From Candidatus Bathyarchaeota archaeon (GTDB taxonomy: Archaea > Thermoproteota > Bathyarchaeia > Bathyarchaeales > Bathyarchaeaceae): 64,000 bases of DNA. Below, in pieces: positions 31,231 through 43,350 of the stretch. A model generated the notes under the pieces. That model ran no database searches and was not told where the DNA came from. It saw only the letters and a program-made list of their open reading frames with translations. Location of the stretch: NCBI GenBank assembly GCA_963697165.1, contig CAVOMX010000010.1:1-64000 (forward strand), read 5' to 3'. Every line of letters starts with the position of its first letter. Positions within the stretch are counted from its first letter, which is position 1. A program made the translations under genes and the position numbers.

Positions 31231-31372
31231 GCCGAGGTGTCCTAGAGCAACTTGCGGGAAATCTGGTAGGGAGCAGATTCCAAAAATGGAAGTTTATGCC
31301 TGGAATTTCTCCGACTACGGTCAGCCTGTGATCCATTGGGTCGCGAGGGTTCAAATCCCTCCCTCGGCGCCA
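31231..31372 (+). tRNA. tRNA-Ser(GGA) with three introns (31246-31261, 31277-31297, 31306-31322)
   Basis: Removing the three segments gives an 88-nt cloverleaf: GCCGAGG/CCTCGGC-G-CCA, CAGGC-CTGGAAA-GCCTG, long variable arm. Confidence 0.88.
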
Positions 31373-31394
31373 CAATAACTAATTATTATACTGT

Positions 31395-32966
31395 CTATCC
31401 GAGGCTTTTTCTTAGTCTTGCAGCTTCTTCGAGATAGTCTTTAGCTCCCTCGTCGTCCCGTTCCATGTAAGCGATAAGAAAATTGCTTACCGTATTCTCA
31501 TACTTTCTGTGTCCAAGGGTTCTTGGTCCAAACTTGATGCCGAGGTCTTCCTGAGCCACTTTAATGTCTAGTAATAGACGTGTTAAGGCTGACCTTAGGC
31601 GCTCTTCTTCCATTTCTGCTCTTTTTGCCACCGCCTTGTACATGTCCATAAGCATGTTGAGGTTCTGCCAAGACAAGTATCCCGCAACGGCATTGAGATC
31701 AGATTTCATGTTCACATAATACCGGTTCAACACTTTCCACTCATCTTCGGTTAACTCATTTAATGCTTCCAAGCCAATGAACTCAGCGGGTATACCCAAC
31801 GAGTACAGTGCTGCAGCAAAAGTTATCGCCCTTGGAAGAGCAATTCCATCCACATTCCTGCTGTAACCAAAGAGCCCTATGTGCAGTTTTCTTGCTCTTC
31901 GTTTAGGAATATACGACACCACACTAGTCACTAAAGGAGCCAAATCCTCCACCACCATCTGATACTTCAACTTGAATTTCTCAAGTATTCCAAGCAAAAG
32001 TTTCTCTTCAGCAGCTTCAATGCATATTCGGTTCGCCATAGGGAAGCTTCTCGTTAAGAACAGCAACAACATGTTTGACATCCTCAACAGGAAAATCATA
32101 CTTCAAACCAGACTGTATGCTTGCAGTGTAAACTCCTTTATACTCATTGAGAAAGCTATCCAAGTTACTTGGGGACAGGTGACCCCTGAAAGGCATAGAC
32201 CCCACACCAATAATTGGGTAAATAGGTACGCCTTTACGTTTCTCTACTGACTTTAGCTTTGATAATGCAATCTTCGAAAGAATGTCGCGCACACAAGACC
32301 GTAGTTTAGTGCTGGGTCTGATCGTGCTATGAAAACTCGAACATAACTGGGCTTGACAGCATCTATGTATGGTTCAACTATCTGGTCTATCTTCAAGAGG
32401 CTATCCATGTCCTCAATCAATGGAATCAATTCGATGCTGCTTGGTTTGAATGAACCAACCCAATCTTTAACTTTCACAGAACAATCCAATTCAATGTCTT
32501 CGACTCCAACAACTGCCTTCTTATAATAGTTAAACAGGCAGAGAAGCTCCTTACTGTCAGTTGTGAACGGAAGTATAACCTCAAAGATCGGCGTGACCCC
32601 AGTTTTATAGAATGCGGAAGCCACATCATAGCTGACGGCAATGTTTTGAAGGGTTTCAACCACAATTTTTCGTTCAGCAATCTCAACTCGAGGATTAGGA
32701 ATACGGTATGTGAGAAAAACGTCTTTTCCAATCACATTTTCTTTGAAGTAGTCTCCGTGTGCAGTCAACAATTTTCTTATAACACGAATGTCTGTGTCCT
32801 TTCCCTCAGAGTCCCACATGACCTCTTGGCAACCAAGCTCATTGAAGGCAAAGTATGCTTCATAAACTTCAGCATCGCCCTCAATCACTTTATCTTTATG
32901 CCACAAAGGAGCACAAGCATTGTCAGGGTGCTGAGTAGACATAGTACGTGGTATCTTCCGCATCAT
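31395..32966 (-). CDS. ppcA: archaeal-type phosphoenolpyruvate carboxylase (two frameshifts)
   Basis: IPRTMSTQHPDNA, RSDPALNYG, PFRGHL and LPRAITF across three ORFs. Confidence 0.93.
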
Positions 32967-33233
32967 GATTCACACTTCGTTTATTAAATGGGAAGTTAAA
33001 AGCCGTTCCTCATGTTCCTAGAGACGCAACAAAGCATAAAAAATGTGGAGATCAGAAAATTTGGTGATTACTCTACGTTTTAATTCTAAAACTCTGGGAA
33101 GAAGTGTACCTAAATAGTCCAGCAGTTAAGAAGAAACTGGCGTATATTCAAACGACCACGTGCTTTCGCTTTTGTTGGGATAGCCTTTTCTATCAGATCA
33201 CATTATGGATGAAAACATTGGAGAACGTTTACG

Positions 33234-34295
33234 ATGAACGTTGGAATAGTCGGTTGTGGATTCATTTCTGGAATACACGTCAACGCGTGGAGAGACAACG
33301 GACTTTCCGTGACTGCCGCTTGTGACTTGAACGAAAAAATTGCCAAACAATTCACCAAAGACTGGAAAATTCCATCACACTACACTAGCTTCTCTGAGAT
33401 GCTAAAAAATGAAGACTTGTTTGCTATTTCAATCTGCGTTCCACCCAGATTTCATGCGAACATAGCTATTGAAGCTTTGGAGTCGGGTTGCAACATAGTT
33501 GTTGAAAAACCGTTCACCATAAACACTGAAGAAGCAAAAAAGCTACTTGATGCTCTTCAAAACTCATCTGGAAAAATGACGATAATACATAGCCAACTGT
33601 TTGAGCACTCAATTTTTCATGCAATGAACAAAGTAAAGGCAGGAGAAATAGGGCAAGTCATAGGCATGGACGTTGCCATTTTACACAGCCCTGACGAAAC
33701 AATGGCAGGAGACAAAAACCATTGGTGTCATAAACTAGCAGGAGGCAGATTCGGAGAAAACTTGCCACATCCAATATATCTTCTCCAAGCTTTTCTAGGA
33801 AAACTGGAAATAAAATCCGTATTAACTGACAAACTGGGTCCTAACCCGTGGATGCATATTGATGAATTGCGGGTAATTTTAGAAGCTGAAAAAAACAAGT
33901 TTGGAACCATTCACATCAGTTTTAACGCTCCAGGACACGACCGAACCGTCGTTAACGCAAACATCTACGGAACTGGCGGCACAATTCAGGCTGATATTTA
34001 TCCTGTAAGTAGCCTACTTGTTTCGAAACCGGGACGTGGAATACTGCATTTTGGTAATGTGTCCCAACAAGCCACAATATGGGGCGCATATTTGAAGAAC
34101 ATCATAACCAAACGAAAAGGACCACGAAACTATAGTGTTTCTCATGAACGAATCATCAAATCATTTTTGGATAGCATCTCAGGCAACGGAAAACCTCTAG
34201 TCACCCCTGAAATGGGATACGAAAACGTTCAAGTTGTTGAACAAATCTGCAAACAAATAGATGTTATAACACAAAAAGAAATAACAACACAATAG
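33234..34295 (+). CDS. Gfo/Idh/MocA-family oxidoreductase
   Basis: GIVGCGFI and VEKP motifs. Confidence 0.9.
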   Translation: MNVGIVGCGFISGIHVNAWRDNGLSVTAACDLNEKIAKQFTKDWKIPSHYTSFSEMLKNEDLFAISICVPPRFHANIAIEALESGCNIVVEKPFTINTEEAKKLLDALQNSSGKMTIIHSQLFEHSIFHAMNKVKAGEIGQVIGMDVAILHSPDETMAGDKNHWCHKLAGGRFGENLPHPIYLLQAFLGKLEIKSVLTDKLGPNPWMHIDELRVILEAEKNKFGTIHISFNAPGHDRTVVNANIYGTGGTIQADIYPVSSLLVSKPGRGILHFGNVSQQATIWGAYLKNIITKRKGPRNYSVSHERIIKSFLDSISGNGKPLVTPEMGYENVQVVEQICKQIDVITQKEITTQ

Positions 34296-34395
34296 AATGG
34301 ACTACAGATGTTTTCCTGCCGCCAAGACACTCTTTTCTGGATACATCCACAGTTTAACACTAAATTTTATTTTCCAGTGTTCACGTCATAAGAGA

Positions 34396-34530
34396 CTACT
34401 GTAAATGCGGATTTCGAAGCACATGCTTAACAGTCTTTTCTGTTTCCACATGCACTAACCGATGTTTTTTGCCGCAGATGCTACACGACAAAACCTGCCC
34501 AGTATCCACTTCTTTCTTAGATGCCTTCAC
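34396..34530 (-). CDS. 44-aa putative zinc-binding microprotein
   Basis: Manual translation MKASKKEVDTGQVLSCSICGKKHRLVH...; CxxC plus His residues. Confidence 0.4.
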   Translation of the reverse strand: MKASKKEVDTGQVLSCSICGKKHRLVHVETEKTVKHVLRNPHLQ

Positions 34531-34568
34531 TTTCAGTGAAGCCTGTCTCCTTCTCTTTCAGTTTCTCT

Positions 34569-35087
34569 TCAGGCGAAAGACTCAGAAAGCCCCCATGCCC
34601 GTTCAATTACAAAAAGAGTCACAATCTTCTTTTCGTTTTCTCGCTTACTCAAAGTGACCAAATTCTTACCGGGAGCTTTCTTCCCAGTCGCCTCCTCATA
34701 GGACGTGATTTCATAGTTCTCCCTGATAACTAGCGGAACCTCTTCGATACCCGAAACAACATTTCGCCTAAGCCTGTCATTCTCATCTAGATATGTTAAG
34801 GAAATGACATCATAAAGCATCTCTCCAATCTTGCTTTGTTGAAAAAGCATGGTGCTTCCTTCCAACTGCGAAAAACGAACACCAGCTGGACACTTTACAG
34901 CTTTAACCATAATCTTCCCATTTTCTGCGTCTTTACACAACTTGAAAAGCCATTCACCCGTGAGAAAGTCTTTAACAACATAAAAACTCACTTCACCGCT
35001 CCGCAATTGACGCAAACTCATGTCATACCAAACATCATTCGATCTTGTTTCAATTTGCCTAACCTTAATGTACTTTAGAAAATTCAA
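34569..35087 (-). CDS. hypothetical protein
   Basis: 172-aa ORF with an upstream GGTG-rich RBS-like region. Confidence 0.65.
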   Translation of the reverse strand: MNFLKYIKVRQIETRSNDVWYDMSLRQLRSGEVSFYVVKDFLTGEWLFKLCKDAENGKIMVKAVKCPAGVRFSQLEGSTMLFQQSKIGEMLYDVISLTYLDENDRLRRNVVSGIEEVPLVIRENYEITSYEEATGKKAPGKNLVTLSKRENEKKIVTLFVIERAWGLSESFA

Positions 35088-35177
35088 ACACCAACACCAC
35101 CTACATACCTTTTTATGTCAAGTTTAAGATTTTCGGGGAGTCGTGCATATGTTATAAAAAAGGCTTACGCTATACCA

Positions 35178-35228
35178 AAAAAACAAAAAAAGGAAAAGGG
35201 GGATATTTTACCCCTATTTTAGTAGGGG
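35178..35228 (-). terminator. hairpin plus T-tract downstream of the surface-protein gene
   Basis: CCCCTA-N6-TAGGGG hairpin followed (minus strand) by T-rich runs. Confidence 0.45.
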
Positions 35229-35230
35229 AT

Positions 35231-37849
35231 TTATCCGGCTATTTTTCGCTGTATGATATAGACTGCGGCTATTGCTGCTGCTGCTGCTATCAAAGACAAC
35301 ACAACGGCTACAATCACCAAAGTGTTGACTCCTCCGATAGTATCAGATAGGTCGCTTACTGCACTATCTACTGCGGCATCGACATCTGCTGGAGTTGCGG
35401 TTGCATCGATAGCGGTGTTTGCGTTGTTTAGAGCATCATTTAGAGTATTCAGTTTTGTTTCAAGTGCAGCAATGTCTGCGTTTACTGCGGCAACATCTGC
35501 TTTTACAGCTGCTACATCTGAGTCGGTTGCGGCGTTAGCTACTGCGGCCTGAAGAGCAGTTAGCTTTGTTTCAAGTGAAGCAAGGTCAGTGCTTAGACTG
35601 GATACAGCTGAACTTACTGCGGCTACCTCTGTTGTGGTTGCGGAAGTTGCGCTAAGAGAGTCTAATTGAGTTTGGAGGTCATCAATGATATTTCCAAGGT
35701 TGTTAACAGCGGTGTATAATGTACTTACTTGTGATTGCACAGATGATGTGTCGCCTTCTACAGAGTTTAGTTTATCGTCAAGAGCATCTATTGCAGCCAT
35801 GATGTCTTCCAGAGTGACTTCTGCAGGAAGAACTGTGAAGCTGGTTGTTCGAGCAACTGCTGGACCAGTGTTACCTGGCACCGTCGTTTAGACCCGTTTT
35901 TAGCTAGTGTAACGTTATAGCTTCCTACTTGTGCCTGTGCGTCAGATAGCCATACAGTCACTTGCCACCTGCCAGTTGATGTGTGAACCGGATTAACAGT
36001 GATATGCTGAAAAGGTGTCTGGCGCAGTTAGGGTTACTGTAGAAGTTCCAGTAATCACTGGAGTTCCAGTTGGGTAAGTGGCGTCAAAGAAGATTCGAAC
36101 GTATTCTCCTGGACTGTAACTATCGTCATTTGTTGAATCGATGTAATGGTTACGGCAACTGCGAGTAAATCGAAATTATTTGTAGTTACGTTTGCTGTTG
36201 GTCCCATATTGGTAGTTGTAATGTCTTTACGTTGTTTCTCTTACCCAAAGTGTAATGATTTGTAAAGTGTTATTAAATGGACTATTCCCGTTGAATTGTC
36301 CAATGTTGGTACGTTGAGTTAAGTTAGATGCACCAAGTGTCACGTTTGCGACGTTCGTGGCATTTCGGTATACTCTAACTGTTACGGAGCCAAGGTCTGC
36401 GGCAGTGAAGAATGTGTTGTCTGGGTAGGTAATATTGATTTTTGCCATTGCAGTTGAAGTTCGTGTGTAATTTATTGCTGGTTGCTGTGTTACTTTCACA
36501 GTAAGAGTGGCGGGAGTTACTGCGAAAGTAGTTGTTGAAACAGCTGCGGTTGGACCTGTGTTGCCATTTGTGTCCAATAGATCTTATAGCTAATGTGAAT
36601 TTGTATCCGTTTCCAAGGACTGCGTTTCTTGGAATTTTCCAAGATATTCTCCAGGTTCCGTTGCACTGTTATAATTCGCTGCGGTTATGGAATTACGGTT
36701 CCAACCATTGTGTTGTTGCTACTAAACACTAACTGTTATGGAACTGAACTGTGTAGTATTTGTGTAAAATGTGGTATCTGGATATTGAATTGTGAAAGAT
36801 GCAGTAGCAGTATTGGTTCTCTGGTAAGCAGCTGCAGGCTGAGCAGTTATAATGACTGTTAAGGCTGCTGAACCTACCTCGAAAGTGTGCATCGATGCAA
36901 CAGCTTTGTTAGTTCCTGTAGCTTTGCTGCTTCAATAGTGTATGTTCCCATTGTTGCATTCCAAGGAATTAGCCACGAACCAGCGAACTATTCCTGTAGT
37001 AGTAACATTTTGGTTTAGCCATGATTTAACGACTGTTCCTGATGGATTCTTGATAGTTATGCTAACATTTTGGTTAATTGCCCATCCGGCAGTTTGGACA
37101 TTAACTGTTTCAAACCGTCCATAGGACAACTTGTCTGTTAGACCTACCGTGAAAGCTAGTTGAAGCGGCGTTAGTAATTGCACCAGGAAGAGTTCTATTA
37201 GCTACAACTGTGTATGTTCCAGTCAAGTTAGTGCTTGCACCTGCAGAGAAATCTGTAGGATAAGTTCTTAACAACAGAACCAGAACCTAACTCCATCTGT
37301 TGAAAGGAGAAATTAGCAGAAGTATACATCGTTCCAGCAGGATTTACTATTCCCACAGTAAAGTTGTTTAGTGTGACTTGCTGCTGTTCCTCCAGTTACA
37401 GTTATGTTAACTGCAACAGTGTTGCCTTCTAGGTTGTGTGATGTCGCTGTTATTGTTCGTTTAGTAATAACTGCGAATGATACTGACTGTGCACTCAGTG
37501 TTTGCTCATCACGGAGAACCACTAAGTGTCCATTTCCAGCATCGCTACCCAAACAAGGAGGAACTGTAAATGTGTCATTCACTGCATATGAGTTGGCTGG
37601 AGCATTGCCTGATTTAATAGCTCCGTCATCAAGAGCATTGCCGTTATCATCAGTATCGAAAAAGATACTGTATGATCCACCTTGGGTATCAATTGTGCCA
37701 ATTACACGGACTACTGTTCCAACATTTCCTGAAACAGGAGTAATTCCGGTAAGAGTCGTTGCACTTACAGGTAGTGTTGGTACGATTGCGATTAGCATTG
37801 TTGTCATTATGATTGCTACTAAAATTTTTGATATTGTTTTGTTATGCAT
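35231..37849 (-). CDS. large S-layer-like surface glycoprotein with C-terminal coiled coil and TM anchor (multiple frameshifts)
   Basis: Signal peptide MHNKTISK...; Thr/Val/Asn-rich Ig-like segments in several ORFs; Ala/Ser coiled coil and C-terminal TM + RK. Confidence 0.7.
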
Positions 37850-37964
37850 TTTTATTTCCTCTATATTTAACATATCTTCAGTCATCAGATACTTCATATA
37901 TACTTTATGTTCACACTCTAAAAATTAGAGACAGATTTGTGCACAAAGTGCAGGAGGAATGTGC

Positions 37965-38552
37965 TTATGTGCACAACGTAAATTCTACAAGAATTAGGCC
38001 TTTCATGAACTCGTTATTCAAGATTTTGTAGGCCATTCCGTCTAGAGCGCCCGAAATAAACTTGAGAAGCATTTCAGTTCCCTCTTTTGTCAAAGATGTT
38101 GATGTGCATCTGAGCTTAAGTTTGCCATCAATCTTTTTAACATTGACTTCATTCAGGTCCCATCTTGCCGCCTGTAGAAGATCAGCTAAGGCTTGAACTG
38201 GATTTTCAAATTTTTCTGTGATATATTTTCCGTACCACTTTCCGCTCTCAAACCACGTATCCAAAAGCTGATCTTTATCAGTGGCGTAAACCTTGTGTAT
38301 CAGGAAATCGAAAACAGTCAATGGCATAAAGATGGCGCCCGACGCTTTTTGTGATTGAAGAATTTCAAAATAATGAACCATTCCATTTAGGTTTTGACCT
38401 GACTGAAAGACCTTCACAGCTTGTTGTAAAGCTTCTTCAATGTATCCATTGAGTGTTTTGCCGTCTTTGCTCGATGCATCCATGAGTCCCTTTAGAAGTG
38501 CCTCAGGAATAGGAATCAGTCGTTTACCTTTACTTTGCCCTCCAGACATCAA
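37965..38552 (-). CDS. hypothetical protein (RHH-like N-terminus, V4R-like C-terminus)
   Basis: Paralog of 38549..39151 (WxESGxW, WxxxE); the domain calls are inference. Confidence 0.65.
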   Translation of the reverse strand: MMSGGQSKGKRLIPIPEALLKGLMDASSKDGKTLNGYIEEALQQAVKVFQSGQNLNGMVHYFEILQSQKASGAIFMPLTVFDFLIHKVYATDKDQLLDTWFESGKWYGKYITEKFENPVQALADLLQAARWDLNEVNVKKIDGKLKLRCTSTSLTKEGTEMLLKFISGALDGMAYKILNNEFMKGLILVEFTLCT

Positions 38553-39151
38553 CTTTTTCTCCTTTGAGCTTTAATCCTAATGGTTCCTCGCGTAACATCT
38601 CTATTGAATCTTGCGTAGCCGAAAGTTTTCAGGGCACTTTCAAGAAACGCCGCCAACAAGAAGGTATAGGATTCAGAAAACTTTGGGCTGATTATTCTAA
38701 TTGTCACTTCGTCTTTTTCGGTCTCAACATCTAATTCAGAAGCATTCCAAGTGAAAGCCTCCAAGTCACACTTAAAAGCTAAAAACGGGTCCCTAACCCC
38801 ACTTGAGATATAGCGTTTTGCTAGCCATTCTCCAGACTCGACCCAACAGTCCAATGCCCTGCGTTTTGCCTTTTCACATGTGATATCTACCATTTCATAC
38901 CACAGGTTCTCTAAACCGAGAATGAAACCGGCTTCTTTGGCGGCTTTTAGTAGTCCACGTTCTTCAATTAGACCTCGAAGGTTTACGCCCAGTTCTTCAG
39001 CTTGGAGAGTTAGCTGCAAAATTTCGTTTATGAAAGCATAAAAGCTGAAGCCTCTTTTTTTAGCAACTTCACTCGCGCGTTCGATTAGGTCTTCACGAGC
39101 CGCGAATGTTTTTCTTCGAAGTTTGGGCATTCTCAATTCTCCAATATGCAA
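38549..39151 (-). CDS. hypothetical protein (RHH-like N-terminus, V4R-like C-terminus)
   Basis: Stop overlaps the start of the downstream paralog; WVESGEW. Confidence 0.65.
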   Translation of the reverse strand: MHIGELRMPKLRRKTFAAREDLIERASEVAKKRGFSFYAFINEILQLTLQAEELGVNLRGLIEERGLLKAAKEAGFILGLENLWYEMVDITCEKAKRRALDCWVESGEWLAKRYISSGVRDPFLAFKCDLEAFTWNASELDVETEKDEVTIRIISPKFSESYTFLLAAFLESALKTFGYARFNRDVTRGTIRIKAQRRKS

Positions 39152-39389
39152 TCAAAGTATTAACGTGTATAAGGCAATAGTGCCTTAAATCCCTTTTAAC
39201 TTCTGTCCTGAAACAGGCGTTTTACTATTATGTTTGGAGCTTTCATTTTTATATTTATGCTGTAATCTGAGGTTTCTCAAATCTTTTTCACAATATTCAA
39301 CTTATTGATTCAACAAAATACTAATTATGAAGCAAGAATCCAAAGTTTATTACTTTTTTCTGGAGATTAAGCTTTACTTTCAAGTCTGT

Positions 39390-41472
39390 TCATTGCCGCG
39401 AAAGTTTCTGGTGTTTAATCCAGAAGTTTGATATAGCGTCTCCACAATCCATTGGACTCTTCAGTATCTTCATCTCCTTCTGGTAATAACTTGGAAGCAA
39501 CTGCTTGATGTTTGGACGGGTAACTCGTTCATCCAACATCACTATGCATCCCTTGTCTTTGGCTGATCGATGGACGCGTCCACAAGCTTGAATCAAACGG
39601 AATATGGCTGGCGTCAAGTAAGCGTAGTCTCTTCCGCGCCCCGGAAATTGGTAATCAAAGTAGTCTATCAGCGCCTTCTGATACACGTTCCATGTTGCGT
39701 AGGGCAATCCCACGGTTACTACGCAGGTTAGGATGTTGTCTGGGTAATCCATGCCTTCGCTGAATTTTCCGCCCATGACCCCAAATAATGCGTTATTATT
39801 TGAACGCATTAGTTTGTCCATTACGTCGCTTTGTCTGGTTTTGCGTTCTTCAATAATCATTGTTCTGTCGGTTTCGACGTTCGAGAGGACGGTGTTCATC
39901 AGGTTATAGCTGGTGAAAAAGACGCCCATGTTGCCTTTATTGGTCATGGATATTGCTTCAATGTAGTCTTTCCATCTTTTCAGCATTTGGTCGGTTCTCT
40001 GCTCATACCTTGATGAGACATCACTGGCAGCTAATATTAACCTGTTTTCGGGAGGAAATGGAGAATCGAACTCTTTGAGATGGACATCTTGCTTGTTACG
40101 AAATATCAAGTCCCTGTAGACTTTTGGAGGTGAAAGGAAGCCACTCATGACTATGCTTCCTTTAGCCTGCCGAAGAACTGGGTCGGTTATTTCTCTGCCG
40201 TCTAGGCTTTTTACTTCTAGGTAAATTCTGTCTCCCCAATCTTTCTCGAGCAAGTGAACATATTTTTCTCCAACTCTCTGGAAGAAGTTCTCTACGAAGT
40301 CGCCTACACGGTGGGTGTAGCTGAAGATTTTGTCGTAACCTTGTTCTTGGCGTGTCTCTCTTACGTGTTCGCCGTATTCGTGGAGGGCTTCTGCGACTTT
40401 TTCGCTGGATGTTCCGCTCCATTCACGGAATTTTGTGGCGATGTCTTGGGGATCCAGCAGTTTAAGTTTTGAAGTTCCTAAACCTTTCTGGATATATCGA
40501 AAAATGTCGTCGTCTAACACGTTGAGGTAGCCTTGAATGTCCTCCAAGTTTTTGTGTTCAAATTTTTCTGTTTCTTTGATGGCATTTTCGATTGTGTTTT
40601 GTGTCATACGGTCAGAAAGGAGTTCGCGGGCGAAGCTTGGTATGTTGTGGGCTTCATCTACTATAAGATAAACGTGGGACAGGTCTACTCCCCAGCTTTT
40701 CAGCAGGGCGTTTCTGACTTTTGGGTTGAATGTGTAATGGTATGTTCCGAGGAAAATTTTTACTTTGCTAAGAATCCGCTTTAATGCCTCGTATGCACAG
40801 AAGCCATGCTTAGCCATCCGTAGTGTAGTCTCTTGTGGGTCAAGTATTTTTCGGGCACAGTCCAAAGCAAGGGTTTCGGCTTGCTTCGTTTTCATGTTCA
40901 TGTTCCAGTAGTATTCGCAGAAAGGTTTAGTTCCGGATTCGCAGTTTTCTTTAAGACGTTTGCATTCCTCGAGAAAGTCAAAATATGAGCCTGCCCGTTT
41001 TTTTTGTAGCGGGCACATGTCCTGTTTGCTGAAGAATGATACTGTCAGAGGGCTCTGTTTTAGTCCCCTTAATTCTTTGAGGAAGATGTGCAGTTGGCTT
41101 CTTGTTCTGAAGCTGATTAGGAGCTTGTTTTCGCCCAGCATAGGCAAGAGACTGAGAAGCGCGGCTAGAGATTTTCCTATTCCGCAGGGGGCGCTGCCCA
41201 CGAAAACTTCGTTGTTTTCTAGAGCTTTGGTTGCTTCTTTGATAAACTCTACTTGTCCTTTGCGTACTTCGTAGCCTCTGGGGAGCCACTGGTTATCTGA
41301 GGGCTTGTTTTCTGTTACAGTTGTTGCTGTGGGGATGCGTCTGTTGGGATTGGCAGGAGGTTACGGTTCTGGAGGTTAGGTATGTTCCGCAGTCTCGGCA
41401 GAAATGGCTCTGGCTAAACTCTTCAGCGGAATGTCTTTTTCTGCATTTTCGGCAAACGTAGATTCTGGTCAA
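39390..41472 (-). CDS. XPD/Rad3-family Fe-S DNA helicase with N-terminal zinc ribbon (frameshift ~41350)
   Basis: RKGQ Q-motif, APCGIGKS, Fe-S cysteines, DEAHN, GKFSEGMD and QACGRVHR; upstream CRKC..CRDC from TTG at 41472. Confidence 0.88.
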
Positions 41473-41650
41473 CTTTCTCCCCTATCATACCCGATGCCAG
41501 TAAAATATGCTTTGCTAACATTTTCGGCTTCGCGGAGAATAACCAGCCAAATGAATTTGGCTTTTTGCTTTGTTTCACTGAAGGGATAGCGCTGTGTCAC
41601 CGCAATCGATAAAAGAGTTTGGAACTTTATTTTTGTTGGGGTTGGATGTT

Positions 41651-41968
41651 TTGTCTTATTGTGTGAAGTGTGGAGCAAAATTGGCTGAGGATTCCAAGTT
41701 CTGCTCTTTCTGTGGCGCCGCGGTTGCCAAGGTGACCACTGAGGAATATTCTGTTGCGTCGGACAATCTAATCGAACGCGTAAAAGAGCTGCTTCATGAA
41801 GGAAACGTTACAAGGATAATTGTGAAGAACGAAAAGGGCGATGTTCTACTTGAGATACCCGCCACTGTCGGAGTTATCGGTATTGTTCTTGTTCCTTGGC
41901 TTGCAGCATTGGGCGCAATAGCCGCCTTAGCCACAAACTGCAGAATAGTTGTAGAAAAAAGAGAGTAA
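41651..41968 (+). CDS. zinc-ribbon + DUF4342 protein
   Basis: CVKCG..CSFCG then VKELLHEGNVTRIIVK..LLEIP. Confidence 0.85.
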   Translation: MSYCVKCGAKLAEDSKFCSFCGAAVAKVTTEEYSVASDNLIERVKELLHEGNVTRIIVKNEKGDVLLEIPATVGVIGIVLVPWLAALGAIAALATNCRIVVEKRE

Positions 41969-42060
41969 ACGGGTATTCTAGGGTAGTTCAAGAAGTAATT
42001 TTTATTTAACCAAAGGTGGTTAAGACATATCTAATTCTGTCTAGAAGTTGAATATTAATT

Positions 42061-43257
42061 ATGAAGTTTAACAAAAGAAGTAAAGGGCTTTCTCCAATAT
42101 TTGTAATTGTATTAACTGTTTTCATAGACATAACTGGTTTCGGAATTATTATTCCACTTTTACCATTCTATGCAAATGAATTTCAAGCTGGTCCTACAGC
42201 ACTTGGGGTTTTGATAGCTTCTTTCGCTATTATGCAATTCTTCTTTTCACCGCTATTAGGAAAAGCATCAGATAAAATGGGAAGAAAACCGATATTACTT
42301 ATTTCGCTTCTAATCTCTTTTATTAGCTTTACAATATTTTCTTTTGCCAACTCATATCTTATGCTACTTTTCTCCCGAATAATAGCGGGTATCGCTACAG
42401 AAAGAGCGGTAGCACAAGCTTACATTGCAGATGTAACCGACCATAAAACAAGGACAAAAGAGATGGGAAAAATTGGTGCAGCTTTAGGTGCAGGTTTTAT
42501 CATAGGTCCAGCCATGGGCGGAATCCTTAGCACCTATGGGTTTTCTATTCCTGGATATGCAGCCATGATTCTAACTTTAATAAACATTGTATTTGTAATT
42601 TCTTTCCTTCCAGAACCTCAAAGAATCAAAGAAAAAACGATAGAAAATATAAGTAAAAGTTCAGGATATTTGCGGGGGTTACGTGATTCTTTAAGAAAAC
42701 CTCTCTTGGGTCCCACGCTTCTAATTCTTTTCATTGTTACTTTAGCTTTTAGTACAATACCCGTCATTGTCCCATTACTGAGTATAGATTTCTTCAACTT
42801 CAATTCTCTTGAATTATCTTATGTTTTCATTTATATTGGATTGATTCAAATCGTAATGCAAGGTTTCTTGATAAACCCACTTTCCAAAAGATTTGGCGAA
42901 GAAAAGCTAATTGCATTAGGTCCAATATTGATGGCGGCAGGGACTCTTCTAATGCCAATTTTTCAAAACGTGGCAATTTTCTTTTTTGCAAATGCTTTAT
43001 TAGCTGCAGGTTTTGGAATAATAAACACATCTATTCCAGCTTTTCTATCAAAAAGAATTTCTCTTGATGAACAAGGAAGCATATTAGGAATAGCAGGTTC
43101 TGTTGCGAGTATTGCAAATATTCCAGGACCATTAATAATTGGCTTAATTTACGATGTTGCTGGTTCATTTGTCCCCTTTTTAATTAGTGCAGTTATGTTA
43201 GCCGCAGCTTTTTTAATAGGTTGTAGAGTTTACAGTTCTTGCAAGTTCTTCAAGTAG
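42061..43257 (+). CDS. MFS transporter (TetA/DHA1-like)
   Basis: GKASDKMGRKP motif A, GFIIGPAMGG motif C, many TMs. Confidence 0.92.
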   Translation: MKFNKRSKGLSPIFVIVLTVFIDITGFGIIIPLLPFYANEFQAGPTALGVLIASFAIMQFFFSPLLGKASDKMGRKPILLISLLISFISFTIFSFANSYLMLLFSRIIAGIATERAVAQAYIADVTDHKTRTKEMGKIGAALGAGFIIGPAMGGILSTYGFSIPGYAAMILTLINIVFVISFLPEPQRIKEKTIENISKSSGYLRGLRDSLRKPLLGPTLLILFIVTLAFSTIPVIVPLLSIDFFNFNSLELSYVFIYIGLIQIVMQGFLINPLSKRFGEEKLIALGPILMAAGTLLMPIFQNVAIFFFANALLAAGFGIINTSIPAFLSKRISLDEQGSILGIAGSVASIANIPGPLIIGLIYDVAGSFVPFLISAVMLAAAFLIGCRVYSSCKFFK

Positions 43258-43350
43258 ACTATATTTCACACTTGAACGACTTTGGCAGTTCTTTTGGAAG
43301 GTTTTGAGCAACCAAAATAGAGTTATAGCATATACACCATAAATGATTTT

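Noticed and set aside
31145..31378. Short ORFs on both strands
   Set aside because: They overlap the intron-containing tRNA-Ser
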